Shown in pieces: positions 1 to 9,994 of a DNA stretch of 64,000 nucleotides (positions are counted from its first letter, which is position 1; the number at the start of each line of letters is the position of its first letter). The translations under genes and the position numbers were made by a program. Where the stretch lies: the NCBI GenBank assembly GCA_035630075.1, contig DASQLI010000153.1:2242-66241 (forward strand), given 5' to 3'. Origin of the DNA: Microlunatus sp. Lineage in GTDB: Bacteria > Actinomycetota > Actinomycetes > Propionibacteriales > Propionibacteriaceae. Below the pieces are notes generated by a model. It did not search any database. It was not told where the DNA came from and saw only the letters and a list, made by a program, of their open reading frames with translations.

Positions 1-4
1 CTTG

Positions 5-904
5 TCAGGTGAGGGAGACGAGCGGCAGACCCGCCCCGAAGCGACGGATCTTGGCGAACATGTCCTCCAGCAGGAAGCGCACGTCGACCGACTCGCAGAC
101 TTGGAGGGGGTGGCCCGAGCCGGGGAGATAGCGCCCTTCGACCCCGAACCGTGGCGCCGGCACCGTACGGAAGACGCCACCCTGCGGATAGAGCATCAAG
201 GAGATGGCCGGCGAGTCACCCAGCGAGCGCGACTCGATCGGCCCCCCGTGGTAGGTGGCATTCCACTCCTTCAGCTGGCCGATGAGGTAGTCGGCGAGCG
301 GGCTCGTCCCGCCGATCCGTTCCTCCAGCTCGGCGTAGGAGACCGACACCATCGAGTAGACGTTCCGGGGCACCTGCCACACGTCGATTCCAGACCCGAA
401 CACCACGTTCGCCGCCGCGATGTCGTTCGACAGATTGAACTCGAGCCTGCCCGGCCGTCCCAGTTCGCCATGGCGCTCACCGCCGATCCAGATCACGGTG
501 ATCGGTCGGCGCACGATCTCGGGATCGAGCAGGATCGCGCTCGCCATGTCGGTGAGCGGTCCGAGGAAGGCGACGAACAACGGGTCCTCGGCCGAGGCTC
601 GCAGGCTCTCCTCGATGATCAACCGTGCCCCCGGCGAGTCAACCGGCGTCTGCTCATCCTGGATGGCTTCGGCGGCGCCGTTGGCGACCGGGACCTGGTC
701 ACCCAGGTCCATCAGCTCCAGCAGCAGATCGATCTCGGCGCGAGAGTCGAGCATGCTCTGGTCGCTCCGCCACCGGCCGAAGTGAGCGGCCACGACCCCG
801 CGGACATCGAGGCTGGGCGACAGCAGCGCGTGCACGATCGCGTACTGGTCATCGGCCTCGTTCTTCGCGTCGGTGTCGATGATCACTCGTCGCTGAGCTG
901 GCAC
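5..904 (-). CDS. Nucleoside hydrolase (inosine-uridine preferring family)
   Basis: N-terminal IIDTDAKNEADD Asp-rich Ca-binding motif, LGPLTD, EFNLSND, LGDSPA; start placed at GTG 904 behind GGGAG. Confidence 0.85.
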   Translation of the reverse strand: MPAQRRVIIDTDAKNEADDQYAIVHALLSPSLDVRGVVAAHFGRWRSDQSMLDSRAEIDLLLELMDLGDQVPVANGAAEAIQDEQTPVDSPGARLIIEESLRASAEDPLFVAFLGPLTDMASAILLDPEIVRRPITVIWIGGERHGELGRPGRLEFNLSNDIAAANVVFGSGIDVWQVPRNVYSMVSVSYAELEERIGGTSPLADYLIGQLKEWNATYHGGPIESRSLGDSPAISLMLYPQGGVFRTVPAPRFGVEGRYLPGSGHPLQVCESVDVRFLLEDMFAKIRRFGAGLPLVSLT

Positions 905-926
905 GTCGAAGAGGCTCCCGGTTCTG

Positions 927-955
927 TTGCATATCCATTCGCTCCTGCATATTGT
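927..955 (+). promoter_or_regulatory. Putative housekeeping-sigma promoter for the kinase-regulator operon, overlapped by a TGCATAT direct repeat
   Basis: TTGCAT(927-932)-17 bp-TATTGT(950-955); TGCATAT at 928-934 and 946-952. Confidence 0.5.
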
Positions 956-1011
956 CTCAGAGTCGACTGGTGCGTCAAGCGCCCAGAACTGCGTCCGGAA
1001 GGAGGTCAGCG

Positions 1012-2526
1012 ATGACCCAGATCCTGGCCATCGATCAGGGCACCACCAACAGCAAGGCGGTGCTGGTCGACGACGCAGGGGACGTCCGTGCTGTCGGCTC
1101 GGCTCCGGTCGCTGTGAGTCACCCCCGACCCGGCTGGGTGGAGCAGGACCCGGAGCAGCTGTGGGCCAGCGTGCTGACCGCCATCGACCGCTGCCTGACA
1201 CTGGTCGACCCCGGAACCGTCGACCTGGGTGGCATCGCCCTCTCCACCCAGCGGGAGTCCGTGGTCGCGTGGGACCGACGCTCCGGTCAGCCGATGGGAC
1301 CGGTGATCGGCTGGCAGGACGTCCGGACCGCCGCGTGGTGCCGCGAGCACACGAGCGCCGCCGACGACGATTGGGTCCGCAGCCGGACCGGGTTGCGGAT
1401 CGACGCCATGTTCTCCGCGCCGAAGATCGGCTGGCTGCTGCGTGAGTTGGGGCGCGGTCGGATGGCGGACGTCTGCGTCGGCACGGTCGACTCCTGGCTG
1501 ATCTGGCGACTGACCGGCGGCGAGCGCCATGTCTGCGAGGCCGGCAACGCGTCCCGCACTCTCCTCTACGACGTCGTCGACCTGGTCTGGTCCGCCGCTC
1601 TGCTGGAGATCTTCGACATCCCGGCCGCCGTGCTCCCGCAGGTGCAGCACTCCGACGGCGACTTCGGCCGCTGTCACTCGGTGGCCGGGGTCCCCGACGG
1701 CACTCCGGTCGTCGCGGTGCTGGCCGACTCCCACGCTGCGTTGTTCGGCCAGGGGTGCACCACGGTCGGCTCGGCCAAGGCCACCTACGGCACCGGCACC
1801 TCGGTGATGACGCCGACCGCCGAGTTCGTGCCGGGATTCTCCCCCGTACCGTCCACGTTGGCTTGGCTCACCGACACTCCCCTGTACGCCCGCGAGGGCA
1901 ACATCCTGGCCTCCGGTGCCACCGTGGCTTGGGCGGCTCGGCTGCTCGGCACCGACGTGTCGACGCTGCTGAGCCTGGCCGACTCGGCGCCGGACGCCGG
2001 TGACGTCACGCTGGTGCCGGCGTTCACCGGTCTCGGCGCTCCGCACTGGGATCGCGAGGTCCGCGGGGTGATCACCGGGCTCGACTCCGATACCGATCCT
2101 GCCCGACTGGCCCGCGCCGCCGTCGAGGCTGTCGCCCACCAGGTCTGTGACGTGGTCGAGGTGATCGACGCCGACTCCGCCCTCCCGCTGGAGATGCTGC
2201 GCGCTGACGGCGGCCTGACCGCCTCGCCGCTGATCATGCAGATCCAGGCCGACTTGCTCGGCCGACCGGTCGAGGTGGCCGACCTGCCGGAGGTGTCGGC
2301 GCTGGGCGCCGCCGACCTGGCCCGACGCCGGCTCGGTGGCGCTGCGGCAGCGCGATCGGTGGGACGGACCTTCCTGCCCTCCGTCGCCGCTGACGAGCGG
2401 TCGGCTCGCCGTGGCCACTGGCGCGCGCAGCTGTCGTGGTTGCGATCCCGGCCGAACGGGGACGGATCAGGAGCGGCGTCTCGCACGAGAGGACACCGAC
2501 GGTGGCTGCCCAGCCCGCCGGCCTGA
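1012..2526 (+). CDS. FGGY-family carbohydrate kinase (apulose kinase-like rather than GlpK)
   Basis: ILAIDQGTT, QRES, WQDVRT, DSHAALFGQG, KATYGTG, LRADGG, EVSALGAA; GGAGG RBS. Confidence 0.85.
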   Translation: MTQILAIDQGTTNSKAVLVDDAGDVRAVGSAPVAVSHPRPGWVEQDPEQLWASVLTAIDRCLTLVDPGTVDLGGIALSTQRESVVAWDRRSGQPMGPVIGWQDVRTAAWCREHTSAADDDWVRSRTGLRIDAMFSAPKIGWLLRELGRGRMADVCVGTVDSWLIWRLTGGERHVCEAGNASRTLLYDVVDLVWSAALLEIFDIPAAVLPQVQHSDGDFGRCHSVAGVPDGTPVVAVLADSHAALFGQGCTTVGSAKATYGTGTSVMTPTAEFVPGFSPVPSTLAWLTDTPLYAREGNILASGATVAWAARLLGTDVSTLLSLADSAPDAGDVTLVPAFTGLGAPHWDREVRGVITGLDSDTDPARLARAAVEAVAHQVCDVVEVIDADSALPLEMLRADGGLTASPLIMQIQADLLGRPVEVADLPEVSALGAADLARRRLGGAAAARSVGRTFLPSVAADERSARRGHWRAQLSWLRSRPNGDGSGAASRTRGHRRWLPSPPA

Positions 2527-3479
2527 CCCGCGCTTCCGCCGACGGCCAGGTGCGGCTGATGACCAAGATCGCGCACCTCTACCACGAACAGGGCCTGCGG
2601 CAGAGCGAGATCGCCGCCATCCTGCACATCTCCCAGGCCAAGGTGTCGCGGCTGCTGAAGAGGGCCGGTGAGGTCGGCATCGTCCGCACGGTGGTGGTCG
2701 TCTCCCAGGGCGTGCACACCGATCTGGAGCAGGCGCTGGAGGAGAGGTACGGCCTGCTGGAGGCCGTCGTGGCCGACGTCGACGGGGACGAGGCGTCGAT
2801 TCTGGCCGGCTTGGGCTCCGCTGGAGCCAGCTATCTGGAGGCCACCCTGTCCGGCGGCGAGCGGATCGGTGTGTCCTCGTGGAGTCAGACCCTGCTGTCG
2901 GTGGTCGACCGGCTCCGTCCGCTGCGAACCTCGGGCGCGGACTCGGTCGTCCAGCTGCTGGGCGGTGTCGGCGTGGCTTCCGTGCAGGCCCAGGCGAATC
3001 GGCTGCTGGGCGAGCTGGCCTCCTTGGTCGGGGCCAGCCCGACGTTCGTCCCGGCTCCGGGACTGGTCGGCGGCGCGACGATGCGAGAGAGTCTGCTGGC
3101 CGATCCGGCGATGGAGAATGTGGCCGCCCGCTGGACGGACCTGACGATGGCGCTCGTCGGCATCGGCAGCCTCCAGCCGTCGGCGCTGCTGGCGCAGAGC
3201 GGCAACGCGATCGCACCCGCGGACCAGACCGCATTGCTCGAGCTGGGTGCGGTGGGCGACGTCTGCAACCGCTTCTTCGACGCCGACGGCCACCTGGTGC
3301 ACAGCGACCTGGACTCCCGGATCGTCGGCATCGACCCCGACACCTACCGAGCCATCCCGCGACGGATCGGGTTCGCGGGTGGAAGCCGCAAACACGATGC
3401 CGTACGCGCGGCCATCGCGGGCAACTGGATCAACGTAGTGGTCACCGACCTCGAGACCGCCCGAGCCCTGCTCGGCTGA
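2502..3479 (+). CDS. SorC/DeoR-type sugar-binding transcriptional regulator
   Basis: AHLYHEQGLRQSEIAAILHISQAKVSRLL HTH; sugar-binding domain ending WINVVVTD; start uncertain (2502 or 2559). Confidence 0.9.
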   Translation: MAAQPAGLTRASADGQVRLMTKIAHLYHEQGLRQSEIAAILHISQAKVSRLLKRAGEVGIVRTVVVVSQGVHTDLEQALEERYGLLEAVVADVDGDEASILAGLGSAGASYLEATLSGGERIGVSSWSQTLLSVVDRLRPLRTSGADSVVQLLGGVGVASVQAQANRLLGELASLVGASPTFVPAPGLVGGATMRESLLADPAMENVAARWTDLTMALVGIGSLQPSALLAQSGNAIAPADQTALLELGAVGDVCNRFFDADGHLVHSDLDSRIVGIDPDTYRAIPRRIGFAGGSRKHDAVRAAIAGNWINVVVTDLETARALLG

Positions 3480-3492
3480 TCACGAAGCACAG

Positions 3493-3584
3493 CCCGCGGC
3501 CCTTCGACAGGCTCAGGGCACGTCATCCTCCGCGCGCTGAGCTTGTCGAAGCGCATCCCCGCGGCCCGTCGACAGGCTCAGGGC
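3493..3584. repeat. Cluster of REP-like palindromic repeats (CCCTTCGACAGGCTCAGGG / CTGAGCTTGTCGAAG)
   Basis: Three alternating-orientation copies between convergent genes; same motif at 42988 and 53365-53470. Confidence 0.8.
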
Positions 3585-5101
3585 GCGATCCGGGCCGTGA
3601 GCGTGGCGAAGGAGTGCGGGGGCAGCATCGTGGACACGACCCCGTCGGCCAGCGTCACCTCCAGCGGAATCGGCGCCACCGCCGCGGGCGCCTGGTCGGT
3701 GTTGTGGCGCTGTGGCTCGTCGGCGGTGAGCAGCCGGCCGCTCACCTCGGCCACCGCCAGACCCCGCAGGTCCAACTGGAGGCGCGCTTCGGCCTCCAGG
3801 TCCAGGTTGCTCACCGAGATCAGCGCTTGACCGTTCTTGGTGCTGGCCGACATCGAGGTCATCGGCAGCTCGCCGTCGTCGACCTGACGCGTCGGACGCT
3901 CCAGCAGGTGTACGGGCAGCAGCCGCGCGTCGTGATGTCCTCTGTTCATCTCGAACACGTGGTACGTCGGGGTCAGCACCAGCTCGCCGTTGTCGCCGGT
4001 CAAGATCATCGACTGGAGCACGTTGAGCGTCTGCGCGATGTTGGCCATCGTCAGCCGCGCGGCGTGGGCGTGGAAGATGTCGAAGTGCAGGCCGGCGACC
4101 AGGGCGTCCCGCAGCGTGTTCTGCTGGTAGAGGAACCCGGGGTTGGTGCCCGGCTCGACGGTCCACCACGTCCCCCACTCGTCGCAGACCAGGCCGATCT
4201 GCCGACCGGGGTCGTAGACGTCCATCACGGCGGAGTGCGCTCGGATCACCCGGTCGATGTCGGCCGCCTTGGCCATCGTGGCGTAGTACTGGTCGGCGTC
4301 GAAAGCGGTCGCCGACTCGGTGTGGATGCCCTCACCGGAGTGTGTGTAGTAGTGGAAGGAGATGGCCTGGAACGTCGCCCGCGGCTCGCGGGTGCAGCCG
4401 AAGCAGCTGACCGCCTCCATCAGCGCTCGGGTCCAAGTGAGGTCGTCGTCGGCCGCGCCGGCGGCGATGCGGGTCAGCCGGTTGTCGCCGTGATCACGGC
4501 AGAAGGTGGCGTACCGGCGGGCGAGGTCGGCGTACGTCTCCGCACGCAGGTTGCCGCCGCAGCCCCAGGCTTCGTTTCCGATGCCCCAGAACGGCACCCG
4601 CCAGGGCTGTTCCCGGCCGTTCGCCTTGCGCAACGCCACCATCGGCGAATCGCCGTCGCGCGTCAGGTACTCCACCCACTCGCTCATCTCCTGGACCGTC
4701 CCGCTGCCGACGTTGCCGTTGACGTACGGGTCGGCGCCGAGCAGCTCGCACAGCGCCATGAACTCGTGCGTGCCGAAGTGGTTGTTCTCCTCCACGTTGC
4801 CCCAGTGGGTGTTCACCATCCTCGGGCGCCGGTCACGCGGTCCGATGCCGTCTCGCCAGTGGTACTCGTCCGCGAAGCAGCCACCGGGCCAGCGCAGGTT
4901 CGGGATGTCCAGGGCCCGCAGGGCATCGACCACGTCGCTGCGGATGCCCCCGACGTTGGGCAGCGCCGAGTCCTCGCCCACCCAGAACCCACCGTAGATG
5001 CAGCGGCCGAGGTGTTCGGCGAAGTGCCCGTACAGGTGTCGGCTGATCGTCGGTCCGGTCACATCGAGGTCGATCACCGCTCGTACGGCCGAGTGACTCA
5101 T
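3578..5101 (-). CDS. Alpha-L-arabinofuranosidase (GH51)
   Basis: [48 protein letters not shown] motifs. Confidence 0.93.
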   Translation of the reverse strand: MSHSAVRAVIDLDVTGPTISRHLYGHFAEHLGRCIYGGFWVGEDSALPNVGGIRSDVVDALRALDIPNLRWPGGCFADEYHWRDGIGPRDRRPRMVNTHWGNVEENNHFGTHEFMALCELLGADPYVNGNVGSGTVQEMSEWVEYLTRDGDSPMVALRKANGREQPWRVPFWGIGNEAWGCGGNLRAETYADLARRYATFCRDHGDNRLTRIAAGAADDDLTWTRALMEAVSCFGCTREPRATFQAISFHYYTHSGEGIHTESATAFDADQYYATMAKAADIDRVIRAHSAVMDVYDPGRQIGLVCDEWGTWWTVEPGTNPGFLYQQNTLRDALVAGLHFDIFHAHAARLTMANIAQTLNVLQSMILTGDNGELVLTPTYHVFEMNRGHHDARLLPVHLLERPTRQVDDGELPMTSMSASTKNGQALISVSNLDLEAEARLQLDLRGLAVAEVSGRLLTADEPQRHNTDQAPAAVAPIPLEVTLADGVVSTMLPPHSFATLTARIAP

Positions 5102-5183
5102 TTCATGCCTTTCATCGAGGGTCTGCCAGCGGCACCAGAAGATCACGGGGTGGCCACCGACCGGCCGGTAGGGTGGAGCCGTC

Positions 5184-5705
5184 ATGCCGACCCCGACCGA
5201 CCACCCCGTCCGCCGACTCTGGGACAGGGTCTCCCATCTGGGTCCGGAGGCGATCAAGTTCGGCATCGTCGGGCTCACCGGCGTCGCGCTGCAGTTCGTG
5301 GTGTTCAACGTGCTCCGCTACGCCGGCCCCGGCGGCGCAGGAGTGCTGGCCGCGAAGCCGATCACCGCTCAGGTGATCGCCATCGGAGCAGCCACGGTGA
5401 TCACCTACCTGGGCAACCGATACTGGACCTACCGGCACCGGGAGAAGGGGAACCCCTGGCGGGAGATGCCGATCTTCCTGCTGCTGAACGGGATCGCCAT
5501 CGGGATCGGTGCGGCGTGCCTGGCCATCTCCCACTACCTGCTGGGCCTCACCTCGCCGCTGGCCGACAACCTGTCCGGCAACGTCATCGGGCTCGGGCTG
5601 GGTACCTTGTTCCGCTTCTGGTCGTACCGCAAGTTCGTCTTCACCGGCGATACCCGAACCGGAGTGCCGGTCGAGGACCCGGCAGCGGGCCCTTTCGAGG
5701 ACTAG
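5184..5705 (+). CDS. GtrA family membrane protein (lipid-linked sugar flippase-like)
   Basis: [26 protein letters not shown]; four hydrophobic segments. Confidence 0.88.
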   Translation: MPTPTDHPVRRLWDRVSHLGPEAIKFGIVGLTGVALQFVVFNVLRYAGPGGAGVLAAKPITAQVIAIGAATVITYLGNRYWTYRHREKGNPWREMPIFLLLNGIAIGIGAACLAISHYLLGLTSPLADNLSGNVIGLGLGTLFRFWSYRKFVFTGDTRTGVPVEDPAAGPFED

Positions 5706-6094
5706 GGCCGGCGCTCCATTTCAGCGGTGCTGCGCAGGATGCAGAACTCGTTGCCCTCGGGATCGGCCAACACGACCCAGCCGCGCCCGTCCGGCAGCCG
5801 TCGGTCGTCGACCTGGGTGGCCCCGAGACCGAGCAACCGGGCGAGCTCGGTATCCCGATCGCCGTCGGCGGGCCGCAGGTCCAGGTGCAGCCGGTTCTTC
5901 CCCAGCTTCTCGTCCGGCACCTCGATGAACAGCAACCGGGTGTGGCCGTCCGGAGAGAAGATCATGCACTCTTCGTGATCGGGCTCGTTGGGGTCATCGG
6001 GATCCTCGGCGTAGCCGAGCACCTCCGCCCACCAGACCGACTGGGCGTACGCGTCGTGGGCGTCGATCGCCAGGTGCGAGACAAAGCTGACCAT
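5702..6094 (-). CDS. VOC/glyoxalase family protein
   Basis: KNRLHLDL, WVVLADPEGNEFC. Confidence 0.9.
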   Translation of the reverse strand: MVSFVSHLAIDAHDAYAQSVWWAEVLGYAEDPDDPNEPDHEECMIFSPDGHTRLLFIEVPDEKLGKNRLHLDLRPADGDRDTELARLLGLGATQVDDRRLPDGRGWVVLADPEGNEFCILRSTAEMERRP

Positions 6095-6113
6095 CGGGCC
6101 AGCCTGGCACGGA

Positions 6114-6608
6114 TCATCCGCGGACGGCAGGACCGTGGATCAGCTCGCTCATGGTCACGTGCACGTCCTCCACGTCGGGGACGTCGGGCAGCACCACCGG
6201 ACCGGCGTCCGCCGCGGTCTGCACCCTCAGGGTCCCGCAGCCGAGCATCCGGTCGGCCAGGCTCCGCTCGTACGTCACGTCGTTGACCCGGGCCAGCGGC
6301 AGGTTGGTGCCGGTCTTGTTGAGGATCCCGGTGCGGGTGATCAGCCGGTAGTTGGTCAAGGTGTAGGTGGTGGTCCGCCACCGCAGGAACGGGATCACAG
6401 TCCACCAGGTGCACAGCACGCCGACCACGATCGCCACCGCGAACTGCCCGACCGGGCGGAAGTCGTACGGAATCAGGGCGGCCCCCGCCCCGAGCAGCGC
6501 ACCGCAGCCGATCAGACCCATCGCGGGCCAGAACAGGGCCTTGCCGTGGGTGCGCATGTGCATCAGCACGCGCTCATCCGTGCCCAGCAGCTTGGCCGAC
6601 AACCCCAC
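6114..6608 (-). CDS. Membrane protein with bacterial PH domain (bPH_2)
   Basis: Two TM segments then WRTTTYTLTNYRLITRTG...DRMLGCGTL. Confidence 0.8.
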   Translation of the reverse strand: MGLSAKLLGTDERVLMHMRTHGKALFWPAMGLIGCGALLGAGAALIPYDFRPVGQFAVAIVVGVLCTWWTVIPFLRWRTTTYTLTNYRLITRTGILNKTGTNLPLARVNDVTYERSLADRMLGCGTLRVQTAADAGPVVLPDVPDVEDVHVTMSELIHGPAVRG

Positions 6609-6685
6609 CCGACCATGCTGACACAGCAAGGCAACACCGGCGCCGGACCGCAGATCACCCCCGACCGCCGACAACCCCCCGCTGG

Positions 6686-7480
6686 TCAGCGCAGATGCAG
6701 CACGTCACCGGCGGCAAAGACCTCGACGCCGGTGGCCGTCCGCACCCGGAGCCGCCCCGCAGCGTCCACATCGACCGCCTGGCCCTCGGCACTCGTCCCG
6801 TCAGCCTGCAGCACCCGGACGGTTCGGCCGAGGGTGTCGCAGCGAGCCAGGTACTCCCCCATCAGCTCCCGGTCGCGGCAGGCCTGCCAGCGGTGGTAGA
6901 GCAGCGCCAGGGCCGCGAGCACGGTGGCCATGATCTCGGCCCGGACGAACGTCCGGCCGGGACGCAGCACCGCCAGCGAGGTCGCGGTCGGCACCGGCAG
7001 CTCGTCGGCGGCGAGCTGCACGTTGATGCCCAGACCCAGCACGCAGGCTGCTCCGCTCGGCGCGTCCACCCGCTCGGCGAGGATGCCGCAGATCTTCGCC
7101 CCGTCGACGAGCACGTCGTTGGGCCACTTGAGCACTGCCGGCACGTCCGCCATCGCGCGCAGGCTGTCCGCCACGGCGAGACCGGCCAGCAACGGTAGCC
7201 AGGTCCAGATCGCCGGCTCCCGAGCGGGTCGCAGCAGCACCGACATGGCGATCGAGCTGCCTCTCGGCGCGGTCCAGGTCCGGCCCAGGCGACCGCGGCC
7301 CGCGGTCTGGTGGTCGGTGGCCAGCACGAACCCGGACGGCGCACCGGCTCGGGCGCGGGCCGCGAGCTCGACATTGGTGGAGCCGGTCTCCGGCAGCACC
7401 TCGGCACCGCTCCAGAGCCGGTCCGCATCGGCGAGGGCCGCCTGCAGTCCGGCGGTGTCGAGCGGGTCGCCGTACGTCAC
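6686..7480 (-). CDS. birA: Biotin-[acetyl-CoA carboxylase] ligase
   Basis: [31 protein letters not shown]; divergent from the carboxyltransferase gene. Confidence 0.93.
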   Translation of the reverse strand: MTYGDPLDTAGLQAALADADRLWSGAEVLPETGSTNVELAARARAGAPSGFVLATDHQTAGRGRLGRTWTAPRGSSIAMSVLLRPAREPAIWTWLPLLAGLAVADSLRAMADVPAVLKWPNDVLVDGAKICGILAERVDAPSGAACVLGLGINVQLAADELPVPTATSLAVLRPGRTFVRAEIMATVLAALALLYHRWQACRDRELMGEYLARCDTLGRTVRVLQADGTSAEGQAVDVDAAGRLRVRTATGVEVFAAGDVLHLR

Positions 7481-7521
7481 CGCCTCACCGTAGTGCGCCG
7501 GCGGGAATAGGGTGCGGGGAC

Positions 7522-9096
7522 ATGGGCGACGTCGACATCCACACCACCGCCGGGAAGATCGCCGACCTCGAGCAGCGGGTCGCACAGGCCCTGCACGCCG
7601 GCTCCGAGGCTGCCGTCGAGCGACACCACGCGCGGGGCAGGCAGACCGCCCGCGAACGGATCGAGATGTTGCTCGACGAGGGCAGCTTTCTCGAGCTCGA
7701 CGAGTTCGCCCGGCACCGCTCGACGTCGTTCGGGATGGAGCAGAGGCGCCCGTTCGGGGACGGGGTGATCACCGGGTTCGGCACCGTCGACGAGCGTCCG
7801 GTGTGCGTGTTCAGCCAGGACGTCACCGTGTTCGGCGGCAGCCTGGGTCAGGTGTACGGGGAGAAGATCGTCAAGATCATCGACTTCGCCCTCAAGACAG
7901 GCTGCCCGCTGATCGGCATCAACGAGGGCGGCGGGGCGCGGATCCAGGAGGGCGTGGTCTCCCTCGGCCTGTACGGGGAGATCTTCCGCCGCAACACTCA
8001 CGCCTCCGGGGTGATCCCGCAGATCTCGCTGATCATGGGGGCCGCGGCCGGCGGTCACGTCTACTCCCCCGCGTTGACCGACTTCGTGGTGATGGTGGAC
8101 CAGACGTCCCAGATGTTCATCACCGGTCCGGACGTGATCAAGACCGTCACCGGCGAGGACGTCAGCATGGAGGAGCTGGGCGGTGGGCGGACTCACAACA
8201 CGAAGTCCGGCAACGCGCACTACCTCGGTGTCGACGAGGAGGACGCGATCTCCTACGTCCGCGAGCTGCTGTCCTACCTGCCGCAGAACAACCTGGAGGA
8301 CCCGCCGGCCTACGATGCCGGCAGCGCCCTGGACCCGACCGACGACGACCTCGCCCTGGACTCCGTCATCCCGGACTCGCCCAACCAGCCGTACGACATG
8401 CACGAGGTGATCTCGCGAGTTCTCGACGACGGCGAGTTCTGTGAGGTGCACACCCTGTTCGCGCCCAACATCGTCGTCGGGTTCGGCCGCGTCGACGGGC
8501 GCAGCGTCGGCGTGGTGGCGAACCAGCCGCTGCACTTCGCCGGCTGCCTCGACATCGACGCCTCGGAGAAGGCGGCCCGCTTCGTCCGGACCTGCGACGC
8601 CTTCAACGTCCCGGTGATCACGTTCGTCGACGTACCAGGCTTCCTGCCCGGCACCGACCAGGAGTGGAACGGCATCATCCGTCGCGGTGCCAAGCTGATC
8701 TACGCGTACGCCGAGGCGACCGTCCCGCTGGTCACCGTGATCACCCGCAAGGCCTACGGCGGCGCCTACGACGTGATGGGTTCCAAGCACCTGGGTGCCG
8801 ACGTCAACCTGGCCTGGCCGACCGCCCAGGTCGCGGTGATGGGCGCGCAGGGTGCGGTGAACATCCTGTATCGCAAGGAGATCGCCGACGCCGACGACCC
8901 GGAGGCCCGGCGCGCCGAGCTGATCACCGCGTACGACGACGAGCTCGCCAACCCGTACCTGGCCGCGGAGCGCGGCTACGTTGACGCGGTGATCATGCCG
9001 CACGAGACACGGGTGGAGATCACCCGGGTGCTTCGGCTGCTGCGGACCAAACGGGAGACACTGCCGCCCAAGAAGCACGGGAACATCCCCCTGTGA
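7522..9096 (+). CDS. pccB: Acyl-CoA carboxylase beta subunit (PccB/AccD5 type)
   Basis: [33 protein letters not shown]-terminal PKKHGNIPL. Confidence 0.95.
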   Translation: MGDVDIHTTAGKIADLEQRVAQALHAGSEAAVERHHARGRQTARERIEMLLDEGSFLELDEFARHRSTSFGMEQRRPFGDGVITGFGTVDERPVCVFSQDVTVFGGSLGQVYGEKIVKIIDFALKTGCPLIGINEGGGARIQEGVVSLGLYGEIFRRNTHASGVIPQISLIMGAAAGGHVYSPALTDFVVMVDQTSQMFITGPDVIKTVTGEDVSMEELGGGRTHNTKSGNAHYLGVDEEDAISYVRELLSYLPQNNLEDPPAYDAGSALDPTDDDLALDSVIPDSPNQPYDMHEVISRVLDDGEFCEVHTLFAPNIVVGFGRVDGRSVGVVANQPLHFAGCLDIDASEKAARFVRTCDAFNVPVITFVDVPGFLPGTDQEWNGIIRRGAKLIYAYAEATVPLVTVITRKAYGGAYDVMGSKHLGADVNLAWPTAQVAVMGAQGAVNILYRKEIADADDPEARRAELITAYDDELANPYLAAERGYVDAVIMPHETRVEITRVLRLLRTKRETLPPKKHGNIPL

Positions 9097-9127
9097 TCCG
9101 GCGAACACTGTGAGATCGACAGACCGT

Positions 9128-9373
9128 GTGACCGCGATCGAGCCTGCGAACGACGTCGGTCCGGACGGTCCCCCGGTCCTCGAGGTCGTTTCCGGCCACC
9201 CCACGGCGGCGGAGCTGGCCGCGGTGGTCGTCGTGCTGACGGCCCTGTCCCAGCCGAGCGGCGCTGGCGAACCGACGCCGGCACCCAGCGGCTGGACCGA
9301 CCGCAGCGCAGGTGTGCGGACAACCTTGCGGCCTGGGCCGACCGCCTGGCGGCTCTCGGCCCGTCACCGCTGA
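9128..9373 (+). CDS. Acyl-CoA carboxylase epsilon subunit
   Basis: VVSGHPTAAELAAVVVVL...SGW...PGPTAWR, directly downstream of the beta subunit. Confidence 0.8.
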   Translation: MTAIEPANDVGPDGPPVLEVVSGHPTAAELAAVVVVLTALSQPSGAGEPTPAPSGWTDRSAGVRTTLRPGPTAWRLSARHR

Positions 9374-9430
9374 GTAGTCTGCGAGCGAGGGGCGCGGTCG
9401 GCGGGCCCCCACGAGACGAAGGGCCCGACG

Positions 9431-9988
9431 ATGAGCTCGATCGACGACATCATGGCGAACATCCCGATCAGCGCCCTGGCCGGCCAGCTGGGCGTCGACG
9501 ACGCGACGGCCGAGGCCGCGGTCCGCGAGGCGCTGCCGGCCCTGGTGGGCGGGATGCAGGCCAACGCGGCAGACCCGGACGGCGAGGCGTCCCTGGCTGG
9601 GGCGCTGAACAACCACTCGCCGAAGCTGGTCGAAGGTGGGGTGAACCTCGACGAGGTCGACACCGGTGACGGGGAGAAGATCGTCAGCCACGTGTTCGGC
9701 GACAACTCCGGAGCCGTTGCCCAGACGCTCGGCAGCAACCTCGGCGACAACGGCGACCTGATCAAGAAGCTGTTGCCGATCCTGGCGCCGATCGTGTTGT
9801 CCTACCTCTCCCAGCGGATGAGGGGCGGTGCCGACCAGCAGACCGGTACCGGTGGTGGGCTGACCGACCTGCTCGGCTCCATCCTCGGCGGCATGTCCGG
9901 AGGTCAGGCGGGGCAGGGTGGGCAGAGTAGCGGTGGCGGTTCGATTCTCGACATGCTGGGCGGCCTGCTCGGCGGCGGCAGGCGCTAG
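9431..9988 (+). CDS. DUF937-domain protein
   Basis: ALPALVGGMQANA, DGEKIVSHVFG, KKLLPILAPIVL, Gly-rich tail. Confidence 0.8.
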   Translation: MSSIDDIMANIPISALAGQLGVDDATAEAAVREALPALVGGMQANAADPDGEASLAGALNNHSPKLVEGGVNLDEVDTGDGEKIVSHVFGDNSGAVAQTLGSNLGDNGDLIKKLLPILAPIVLSYLSQRMRGGADQQTGTGGGLTDLLGSILGGMSGGQAGQGGQSSGGGSILDMLGGLLGGGRR

Positions 9989-9994
9989 GACTCG

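Noticed and set aside
1012-2526. glpK
   Set aside because: Lacks the GDQQAA and KNTYGTG signatures, and no glpD/glpF is adjacent
2879-6286. 1135-aa + strand ORF, and many other long overlapping ORFs such as 29500-31776 and 7477-9204
   Set aside because: Shadow frames of well-supported genes in high-GC DNA; Arg/Pro/Gly/His-rich with no recognisable motifs
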